From Cyanophyceae cyanobacterium (GTDB lineage: Bacteria > Cyanobacteriota > Cyanobacteriia > Cyanobacteriales > JBHJGN01), in NCBI GenBank assembly GCA_050331735.1, contig JBHJGN010000068.1, positions 1-13,847 of the forward strand: DNA of 13,847 bases, in the 5' to 3' direction. Of this stretch, positions 9,901-13,847 are shown piece after piece (within the stretch, counting starts at the first letter, position 1; each line of letters begins with the position of its first letter). Position numbers and translations under genes: made by a program. Below the pieces are notes generated by a model. It searched no databases, had not been told where the DNA came from, and worked only from the letters and a program-made list of their open reading frames with translations.

Positions 9901-12270
9901 CTTGTCGGCGGAGAAGCCTTATCGGTTCCCCACGTTCGCCGCGCCCTAACTGCTTTACCCGCTACCCAAATCATCAACGGCTACGGTCCCACAGAAAGCA
10001 CAACCTTCGCCTGCTGCTACCCCATTCCAAAACAGCTCGACGATGCACACGCCCTTCCCATCGGTCGCCCCATTGCCAACACCCAAGCCTATATCCTCGA
10101 TCAGCACCTCCAACCCCTTCCGGTTGGCGTACCCGGAGAACTCTACCTTGGCGGCGATGGCTTAGCCCGAGGCTATCTCAACCGCCCAGAGTTAACCACT
10201 GAAAAATTCATCCCCAACCCCTTTTCCCTTTCCCCTTTCCCCCTGACCCTGTACCGAACTGGAGACATCGTTCGCTACCTCAGCGACGGCAACATCGAAT
10301 ATCTCGGTCGCCTTGACAATCAGGTAAAGATCCGAGGCTTCCGGATTGAACCCGGAGAAATTGAGGCCGTCTTGTCTCAACATCCGCAAGTCCAGCAAGC
10401 AGCGGTTGTTCAAGAAAACAATTCTAGAAAACGTTTGGTGGCCTATGTCGTTGGCGAAGAACTGAGCGTCAACACATGGCGTTCTTTTCTGCAAGAGAAA
10501 CTGCCGGAGTATATGATACCAGCGGTTTTTGTGCAGCTAGAGGCAATGCCCCTCACGCCCAACGGCAAACTCGACCGCCGCGCCTTACCAATGTCGGAGA
10601 TCCGTACAGATGAATTGATGCTGCCGCGTACTTCTACAGAAGCAACCCTGGCAACAATTTGGGCAGATGTTCTGGGTTTAGAACAGATTGGCGTTAGCGA
10701 TAATTTCTTTGAGCTAGGCGGAGATTCTATTCTCAGTATTCAGGTGGTGGCGAGAGCCAATGAAGCTGGGCTGAAACTCTCTGCGAAACAGCTCTTTCAG
10801 CAGCAAACGATCGCGGAGCTAGCAGCGGTCGTTGAGCCAGTTTCGAGCAATTGCCAACAGCACATCGTCACGGGTTCGGTTCCCCTGACTCCAGTTCAGC
10901 ACTGGTTCTTTGAGCAGCAGCCTCCTAATCCGCATCACTTTAATCAAGCAGTTCTGCTCAAAGTGTCCCCGGACGTTCAGCCGGAGCAATGGCAGCGGAT
11001 TTTTGCACACTTGCTAGAGCATCACGACGCTTTACGCCTGCGGTTTGAACCTGGACCCTGGAGACAAAGCAATGCGGCTCTTGAATCGGCAGTGCCTTTT
11101 CAGGTGCAGGATTTATCAAATCTGTCCCCAACTGAGCAGCCAGCCGCCCTAGAAGCGATCACCGCCAACATCCAAACTAGTCTTAACCTTCAGCAAGGTC
11201 CGTTAATGCAGGTAGTGCTGTTTCACTTGGGGGAACAGCCAGCGCGCTTGCTGTGGGTAATTCATCATTTAGCCGTTGATGGCGTTTCCTGGCGGATTTT
11301 GCTAGGGGATCTCACGAGAGCTTATCAGCAACTCCAGCGAGGAGAACCGATTCAACTGCCTCCCAAAACCACTGCTTTTCAGGAGTGGGCAAGACAACTC
11401 CAGGAATCCGGGCGATCGCCCCATTTAGCCAGCGAATTAGACTACTGGCTAGCGCAGACAGGCGAAGAGCTGCCAGTGGACATTTCAGCGCCACATAATC
11501 CGGTGGCCGAGAGTGCTATTGTTACGGTTTCTCTGACTGAAGCAGAAACTCGCGCCCTCCGGCAAGAAGTACCATCTGTTTACAGAACACAAATCAACGA
11601 CGTGCTGCTGACGGCTTTGGTACTCAGCTTGGCAGACTGGACGGGAACTCCTGCACTCCTGGTGAACCTAGAAGGACACGGACGGGAAGAACTATTTGAA
11701 GAAGTCGATTTATCGCGCACCGTAGGCTGGTTTACCACGATCTTTCCGGTGCGGCTTCAGTTAGCATCGCCAACAGATTTAGGAGCCGCTCTTAAATCCG
11801 TTAAAGAGCAACTGCGTCGCGTTCCCAAGCGAGGCATCGGTTATGGGCTGCTGCGTTATTTGGGTGAGGAGGAAACGCAGGCACTTCTGAAGGCACTGCC
11901 CACCCCTCCGGTAAGTTTTAACTACCTGGGACAGTTCGAGCCCCTCAATACTCCACCGCTACTAGGGGTTGCCCCAGAAGCCATTGGCAAAGTGCAGTGT
12001 CCGCTTCAGCAGCGCCCCCATCTGCTAGAAGTAAATAGCCTCATCGCTGCTGAGCGGCTGCAAATCTCCTGGACTTACGGCCAGGGCCATCGGCAAGCAA
12101 CTGTTGAGCGCCTTGCCGAGGACTATCTCAAAGCCTTGCGATCGCTGATGGCTCACTGCCAGTCACCGGAAGCGGGAGGCTATACGCCGTCAGACTTTGC
12201 TGGAGCCAACCTCAATCAACGCCAGCTCGATCGCTTCGTTGCCAAACTCAAAAAAAATAGCAAAGGTTAG
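754..12270 (+). CDS. Bimodular depsipeptide-type NRPS: docking-C-A*(inactive)-A(alpha-keto acid)-KR-T-C-A(Val)-T-E-COM
   Basis: Uninterrupted 3838-aa ORF with motifs HHIIADG (1351), TSGSTGVPK (4486), GGLGGIG (6400), YAAAN (6835), GGHSL (Ser 7447), HHIVADG (8092), YTSGSTGVPKG, FDASTFE (9706), NGK (10561), GGDSI (10717), HHLAVDGVSW (11263), EGHGREE and RTVGWFT. Confidence 0.97.
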   Translation: MTIYKFLADLAKRDIKLWVEEGRLRCNAPKGVLTADLRAQLQERKAEILAFLQPELAPHLPKIEPVPRRENLPLSFAQQRLWFLEKLAGNRAAYNIPIALQLKGTLQVAVLEKALNHVIKRHEVLRTHFPSIESSPVQVINPHLDLTLPVEESPFPLPPSPFPSIHQEAQTPFDLAQGPLLRVKLLRLAPEKHVLLLTMHHIIADGWSLGILVRELSVLYRAFSNNQPSPLPPLSIQYADFAVWQRQYLQGEVLETQLDYWKQHLKGAPPLLELPTDRPRPSGQSFSGRSAPFSLGKDLTASLRTLSQQAGTTLFATLLAALGILLSRYSQQQDLVIGTPIANRNRQELEPLIGFFANTLALRLNLSGNPRFQKFLEQVKQSTLDAYAHQNLPFERLVEELQPERSLSYSPLFQVMFALQNAPLGDLALPGLSLHELETPSVTTKFDLTVSLRETAAGLAGKWEYSSDLFDAATIRALIGHYQNLLGAIVEHPEERVANLPLLGEAEREQLLLAWQVSEEDAPQCLHQRFEEQVERTPDAVAVVYGEQKLTYRALNARANQLAHYLQTLGVGPDVLVGICVERSMDMVIALLGILKAGGAYLPLEPTYPQEYLQKIVAATEVSMVLSQPGAKVPTPLLIDLDWDKVAQHSQENPANEATPESLACVIYSAQRGIAVAHAAMSDRLCWLQAQLALSQSDVVLQQAALAQEVAVGEIFGPLVTGGRLAIAPDAHPATLQRCIAEQQVSLVHFVPATLSAFLDSIETPLSSLRRVFCSGTLSLKVVEQFERQLSCSLCQLYSFPETGAIICCEVNQHSTHFPPDAAHRSIYVLDEHLQPVPRRVPGEIYGGGQGLAQGYLHNLEETERRLVANPFTPGSRLFKTGVWGRILNNGALELLGSRDRQVWMNGFPVSLEEIEAALLTVRSLHDCRVLVRQADTPSLTAYIVPRGHFSVEQIQAQMRSLLPAPLLPSAYVPLSALPLTATGQINEQALQRLPVIDSELVQRWEEELHSRPEIAQAAVVVQQPIKSISAVHLSDLLEVSLGRGKGERGRGKGEGGNCLKVTGERGREEAKAVSYGGPLPPDVDIPLTLAHALHRAAQSERGIVYIRCDGSEFVSYQELLEEAQRILGGLRKLGLKPQERVIFQLERLQDFIPAFWGCMLGGFVPVPMPIPPTYEQAHSAARKLQNAWQMLAQPLVLAGASAVEQIRSSQSHLNVASIEELRASEPDTRWHSSQPDDLAVLLLTSGSTGVPKAVMQSHRSILSRSAATAVMNRFTSDDVSLNWFPLDHVGGLVMFHLRDVYLGCQQIQAPIQLVLQQPLLWLDWIERYRATITWAPNFAYGMVVAQAEAISHRRWDLSSMRFILNGGEAIAARSARKFLEVLAPHRLAATAMYPAWGMSETCSGVVYSHRFSGDSASDEQHVEVGAPIPGIWVRIADSQQAIAEGTIGRVQVKGLSVTSGYYQNPQLNQAAFTADGWFNTGDLGYMRSGRLTITGREQNVIIINGINYYAHEIEALVEEVAGVEVSYTAAVAVREPQDNTDRLVIFFTPAHFDEVMAASLACRGENDDETKLAKLLKAIRTQVVQNIGINPDLVPVEKDTIPKTSIGKIGRSQLAQRFEAGEFDDLVKQLDLLLENANTLPNWFYQQVWRPKAPCSLPLAPCPSSPTVVFLDSLGLGAHLCDQFKRRNQLYVQVEAGIEFDRLNPQHYRLNPDEPQHYQRLFTSLAADDFSVAQVLHLWTYDEEAEIKLEEGALWGTNSLLFLIQALAHPRIPVRLQVVSSYSQLIESGDRIACQKTPLLGLLKTVAQEMPWITCRHVDLGVEPVESNAALVLQELSDLSGEREVAYRSGQRLVSRLAQADLANQAKQPLPFKKGGMYLLSGGLGGIGVEIARYLLTQYEAKLLLVGRTTLNPAAEPGSERLNAYQSLAQLGNVRYQAVDIGDFRRLQQVVEQTKAEWASELAGVIHLAGVFQERLLEAETPESGAAVLYPKLQGTWALHQLLPEGGVFIGFSSVNGFCGGTGVGAYAAANRFLDSFARHLKYNTALQSYCFAWSMWEEVGMSRGYQFKELTRDRGFSLLSPQQGLHSFLAGLHHNQAQLGIGINGSHPHLRPVVDDSYALQTVTAYVTLQSEGERKQQTTDRNKTSLSPPLLVDRFGTQSGTLVELEEMPLTKAGTIARQMLALGSSNSSGDRTQPQTAVERRIAQIWQEVLQVPSVSLQDNFFELGGHSLLATQVMSRVRAAFGVELPLSSLFASPTVAGLSQQVDSQQELAHQSIQPDSRNGNLPLSFAQQRLWFLSHLEGNSVTYNLPIALHLSGPLNHTALEQALNQIIERHEVLRTRFPLVQGSPVQVIAPHLKLTLPIEESPFPLPLSPFPVPPGQFPLSPFPVPPGQFPLSPFPVPPGQFPPIHQEAQTPFDLENGSLLRVKLVRLAPSEHVLLITMHHIVADGWSLGILVREVSLLYQAFCAGTPSPLPPLPIQYADFALWQRHHLQAELATQLSYWRQQLAGAPPLLELPSDRPRPPVQTFSARSESFTLDKELTAKLQTLSQRSGTSLFMTLVAAFAILLARYSQQSEVVIGSAIANRNRQEIEPLIGFFVNTLALRFDLQNNPRFHQFLEQVRQVTLAAYAHQDLPFEKLVEELQPERNLSHSPIFQVMFVLQNSPLEDLELPGLNWTLLETPRHQTQFDLTLSMREEAEGLKGVWEYNSDLFDATTMSRMSEHYQILLAGMVANPEQPVAQLPLLTSAQHQLLMEWNATETEYPNRCIHQLFEDQVRQTPAAVAVVWQDQQLTYRELNARANQLAHYLQRLGVGPEVLVGICVERSVEMIVGLLGILKAGGAYVPLDPTYPDERLAFLLADTGISVLLTQKRFLKRFEPEKTTRSENQESPFPFPPDPFPGDSQLVCLDTDWEKISQEKEENPPTQATPDNLAYVMYTSGSTGVPKGVQTLHRGVVRLLCGVDYVRLDATVKILHLAPLAFDASTFEIWGALLHGGSCILFAEQTPHQLGNVIKKHGINTLWLTASLFNAVIDENPQALRGLSQLLVGGEALSVPHVRRALTALPATQIINGYGPTESTTFACCYPIPKQLDDAHALPIGRPIANTQAYILDQHLQPLPVGVPGELYLGGDGLARGYLNRPELTTEKFIPNPFSLSPFPLTLYRTGDIVRYLSDGNIEYLGRLDNQVKIRGFRIEPGEIEAVLSQHPQVQQAAVVQENNSRKRLVAYVVGEELSVNTWRSFLQEKLPEYMIPAVFVQLEAMPLTPNGKLDRRALPMSEIRTDELMLPRTSTEATLATIWADVLGLEQIGVSDNFFELGGDSILSIQVVARANEAGLKLSAKQLFQQQTIAELAAVVEPVSSNCQQHIVTGSVPLTPVQHWFFEQQPPNPHHFNQAVLLKVSPDVQPEQWQRIFAHLLEHHDALRLRFEPGPWRQSNAALESAVPFQVQDLSNLSPTEQPAALEAITANIQTSLNLQQGPLMQVVLFHLGEQPARLLWVIHHLAVDGVSWRILLGDLTRAYQQLQRGEPIQLPPKTTAFQEWARQLQESGRSPHLASELDYWLAQTGEELPVDISAPHNPVAESAIVTVSLTEAETRALRQEVPSVYRTQINDVLLTALVLSLADWTGTPALLVNLEGHGREELFEEVDLSRTVGWFTTIFPVRLQLASPTDLGAALKSVKEQLRRVPKRGIGYGLLRYLGEEETQALLKALPTPPVSFNYLGQFEPLNTPPLLGVAPEAIGKVQCPLQQRPHLLEVNSLIAAERLQISWTYGQGHRQATVERLAEDYLKALRSLMAHCQSPEAGGYTPSDFAGANLNQRQLDRFVAKLKKNSKG
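970..2270 (+). other. Condensation domain C1 (LCL type, predicted ester-forming); boundaries approximate
   Basis: LSFAQQRLWFL, RHEVLRT, MHHIIADGWS, IQYADFAVWQ, IGFFANTL, HQNLPFE. Confidence 0.9.
1210..1244 (+). repeat. Heptamer tandem repeat, 5 units of TCCCC(C/T)(T/C), inside C1
   Basis: tccccct tccccct tccccct tcccctt tcccctc; encodes SPFPLPPSPFPS. Confidence 0.9.
2320..3740 (+). other. Degenerate adenylation domain A*, predicted inactive; boundaries approximate
   Basis: A1/A2 are intact (LTYRALN, LKAGGAYLPL). A3 reads LACVIYSAQRGI (P-loop deleted), A4 QEVAV, A5 YSFPE, A7 FKTGVW (Asp lost), A10 TGQIN (Lys to Gln). Confidence 0.88.
3882..3960 (-). repeat. Same heptamer family in reverse orientation (AA(A/G)GGGG on +), two blocks in the A*-A linker
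   Basis: aaggggg aaagggg aaggggg aaagggg aaggggg (3889-3923) and acggggg aaagggg aagggaa (3940-3960); encodes GRGKGERGRGKGEGG...GERGRE. Confidence 0.9.
4010..5620 (+). other. Adenylation domain of the alpha-keto-acid-activating type; boundaries approximate
   Basis: LLTSGSTGVPK, NWFPLDHVGGLV (Val at the position of the amino-binding Asp), PAWGMSET (GM in place of GP), WFNTGD and PKTSIGK; directly followed by KR-T. Confidence 0.85.
5680..7070 (+). other. Ketoreductase (KR) domain, structural plus catalytic subdomains; boundaries approximate
   Basis: YLLSGGLGGIG (NADPH binding), GVIHLAG, PKLQG (Lys), FSS (Ser), YAAAN (Tyr/Asn), WSMW. Confidence 0.9.
5713..5754 (+). repeat. Heptamer tandem repeat (GCCCCTT)n near the A-KR junction
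   Basis: gcccctt gctcctt gcccctt gcccctt gcccctc ttcccct; encodes APCSLPLAPCPSSP. Confidence 0.85.
7345..7560 (+). other. Thiolation (PCP) domain of the keto-acid module
   Basis: DNFFELGGHSLLATQV; phosphopantetheine Ser codon at 7447-7449. Confidence 0.93.
7615..8990 (+). other. Condensation domain C2 (LCL type); boundaries approximate
   Basis: LSFAQQRLWFL, RHEVLRT, MHHIVADGWS, IGFFVNTL, HQDLPFE. Confidence 0.9.
7858..7986 (+). repeat. Heptamer tract containing three tandem 36-bp units (7870-7905, 7906-7941, 7942-7977) inside C2
   Basis: Unit (T/C)TTCCCC TTTCCCC CTTCCCC GTCCC(G/T)CCGGGACAA; encodes (F/L)PLSPFPVPPGQ x3. Confidence 0.95.
9433..9467 (+). repeat. Degenerate heptamer tandem repeat in the A2-A3 variable loop of A(Val)
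   Basis: tcccctt ttccctt tccccct gaccctt tccccgg; encodes SPFPFPPDPFPG. Confidence 0.8.
10217..10251 (+). repeat. Degenerate heptamer tandem repeat just before A7 of A(Val)
   Basis: acccctt ttccctt tcccctt tccccct gaccctg; encodes PFSLSPFPLTL before YRTGD. Confidence 0.8.
10630..10830 (+). other. Thiolation domain of the GGDSI type that precedes E domains
   Basis: DNFFELGGDSILSIQV; Ser codon at 10726-10728. Confidence 0.92.
10880..12267 (+). other. Epimerization domain plus C-terminal COM donor segment
   Basis: PLTPVQHWF, HHLAVDGVSW, NDVLLTAL, EGHGREE, SRTVGWFTTIFP, VPKRGIGYG, FNYLGQF, then YTPSDF...LNQRQLDRF. Confidence 0.92.
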
Positions 12271-12275
12271 ATGCT

Positions 12276-13847
12276 GTGGACAATATTGCTGATATTTACG
12301 AACTCTCGCCGATGCAGCAGGGCATGCTCTTTCACACCCTTTGCTCAACAGCGGGAGAGTATTTTGAGCAGGTAAGCTGCGTTGTCTCCAGACTCAAGAA
12401 ACAAGCGTTTCGGCAGGCTTGGACAACGGTCGTTAATAAACACCCAATTCTGCGCACCGCTTTCCATTGGGAAGAGTTAGATACCCCTTTGCAGGTTGTC
12501 CATTCCCAGGTAGACCTGCCCTGGCAAGATCTAGACTGGCAGAATCTCCCGGAGGTAGAGCAGCAGGAGCGCCTCGAGGCTTTTTTAGAACGCGATCGCG
12601 CTCAAGGCTTCGAGCTAGACCAAGCCCCGCTGATGCGCTGCACCCTCATTCAACTAACGGCGGATACGGCTCAATTTGTGTGGAGCCATCATCATCTGCT
12701 GATTGATGGTTGGTCTTTGCAGCTTCTTCTGAAAGAAGTGCTGTCTTTCTATAAAGCTTTCCAGCAGGGCCAGGATTTATCTTTACCGTCCCCCCGTCCC
12801 TACCGCGACTACATTCTCTGGCTCCAGCAGCAGAATCTTTCTCAAGCAGAAGCATTTTGGCGGCAAGAACTGCAAGGTTTTCAGTCTCCAATTCCTGTAG
12901 GCGACCAACGGGTTTCCTCTTGCCAAAGTGATTACGACGAGCAACAGTTTCACCTCTCCAGCGAGTTAACAGCCGCTCTTCAGTCCTTGGCCAGACAGCA
13001 CCATCTGACGCTCAATACTCTGATTCAGGGAGCCTGGGCGCTGCTGCTGAGCCGCTACAGCGGGCAAGAAGACGTAGTGTTTGGCACAACGGTATCCGGT
13101 CGTCCAGCAGCCCTGAAGGGCGTAGAAACAATGGTCGGACCGTTCATCAACACTCTGCCAGTGCGGGTACAGTGTACCCAAGCTGATCTACTGCCGTGGC
13201 TACAGCAGTTGCAGACAACTCAGGTAGAGCGAGAGCAGTATGCCTACGCGCCTCTGGTCGAGATTCAAGGCTGGAGCGAAGTGCCGAGAGGAACACCACT
13301 GTTCGAGACTCTGCTGGTGTTCGAGAACTATCCGGTTAGTGCTGTGCAGCAACAAGGAAGTTTAGAAATGGGGTCGGTGCGAGCATTTGAGCGCACTAAC
13401 TATCCTTTAACAGTGGTGGCAATTCCGGCTGAAGAGCTGCTCGTCCGGTTGATCTACGATCGCAATCGTTTCGAGCCAGAGGCGATCGCCCGCACGATCG
13501 AGCACTGGCAGACCTTACTAGCAGGAATGGTGGCCAATCCTGATTCCAAAGTTACCGACCTGCCGCTCCTGACCGACGCAGAGCATCAGTTACTCATCGA
13601 GTGGAACGCCACAGCAGCAGACTACCCAGCTCAATCGATGGCCCAACTGTTTGAGGAGCAGGTGCAGAAAACACCTCATGCCATCGCCGTCGAGGGGCCA
13701 CTCCAGCAGCTCAGCTACCGCGAGTTAAATACCCGCGCCAATCAGCTAGCCCACTACCTACACCGATTAGGAGTCGGACCCGAAGTCCTCGTCGGCATCT
13801 GCACAGAGCGTTCTGTGGAGATGATTGTCGCACTGCTGGGCATTCTC
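12276..13847 (+). CDS. NRPS, 5' fragment (runs off the right edge): DCL-type condensation domain and start of an A domain
   Basis: Absent from the ORF track because there is no stop in the window. My translation from GTG 12276 is open for 524 codons: MDNIADIYELSPMQQGMLFH, HPILRTAF, WSHHHLLIDGWS (His codons from 12687), PRPYRDYILWL, FGTTVSGRP, VGPFINTLP, VFENYP, LSYRELN, GVGPEVLVGIC. AAAGG lies at 12262-12266 upstream. Confidence 0.93.
   Translation, partial: MDNIADIYELSPMQQGMLFHTLCSTAGEYFEQVSCVVSRLKKQAFRQAWTTVVNKHPILRTAFHWEELDTPLQVVHSQVDLPWQDLDWQNLPEVEQQERLEAFLERDRAQGFELDQAPLMRCTLIQLTADTAQFVWSHHHLLIDGWSLQLLLKEVLSFYKAFQQGQDLSLPSPRPYRDYILWLQQQNLSQAEAFWRQELQGFQSPIPVGDQRVSSCQSDYDEQQFHLSSELTAALQSLARQHHLTLNTLIQGAWALLLSRYSGQEDVVFGTTVSGRPAALKGVETMVGPFINTLPVRVQCTQADLLPWLQQLQTTQVEREQYAYAPLVEIQGWSEVPRGTPLFETLLVFENYPVSAVQQQGSLEMGSVRAFERTNYPLTVVAIPAEELLVRLIYDRNRFEPEAIARTIEHWQTLLAGMVANPDSKVTDLPLLTDAEHQLLIEWNATAADYPAQSMAQLFEEQVQKTPHAIAVEGPLQQLSYRELNTRANQLAHYLHRLGVGPEVLVGICTERSVEMIVALLGIL

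Larger units (their letters stand above)
9060..10590 (+). other. Adenylation domain, predicted valine-specific; boundaries approximate
   Basis: All core motifs are intact. Manual alignment to GrsA-PheA numbering (FDASTF, TLWLT, LLVGGE, INGYGPTESTTF, NGK) gives the code DAFWLGGTFK, the established Val signature. Confidence 0.85.
590..13489. repeat. Dispersed HIP1 palindromes GCGATCGC (18 found by eye)
   Basis: Starts at 590, 2798, 2929, 3449, 3519, 3630, 4861, 5077, 5586, 6122, 6974, 7331, 8318, 8509, 11412, 12138, 12592 and 13482. Fewer than one copy is expected by chance in 13.8 kb; HIP1 enrichment is a cyanobacterial hallmark. Confidence 0.9.

Noticed and set aside
754..12270. Assigning a known gene name (hctE/F, crpD, vlm1, cesA)
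   Set aside because: The domain order differs from what I recall for each (no cyclization or TE domain here; docking-C-A* at the N-terminus), and no database search was possible.
12271..12375. ATG immediately after the stop of the large NRPS as the start of the next gene
   Set aside because: That frame closes at TAA 12373-12375 after 34 codons. The C-domain motifs are in the GTG 12276 frame.
996..13181. The short alternative-frame and antisense ORFs (60-100 aa) in the ORF track
   Set aside because: All overlap motif-rich NRPS frames and show no recognisable protein features; they are shadow ORFs.

Overview
The whole window is + strand coding sequence from a cyanobacterial nonribosomal peptide synthetase (NRPS) cluster; I counted 18 HIP1 GCGATCGC octamers by eye. 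It holds three tightly coupled genes. (1) The 3' end of an NRPS (A C-terminus, T, acidic docking motif; <2..757). (2) A complete 3838-aa NRPS (754..12270): beta-hairpin docking domain - C - degenerate A* - alpha-keto-acid-type A - KR - split pseudo-Asub - T - C - A(Val) - T - E - COM. (3) The 5' part of a third NRPS missed by the ORF track (GTG 12276..>13847; DCL-type C, start of A). The predicted chemistry is a depsipeptide segment: X - ester - alpha-hydroxy acid - D-Val - Y. The most unusual DNA-level signal is a family of heptameric TTCCCC(N) tandem repeats at seven clear sites plus one degenerate site inside the coding sequence. They occur in both orientations and in different reading frames and never break the frame. 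One has grown into a 3 x 36-bp array with an internal palindrome.
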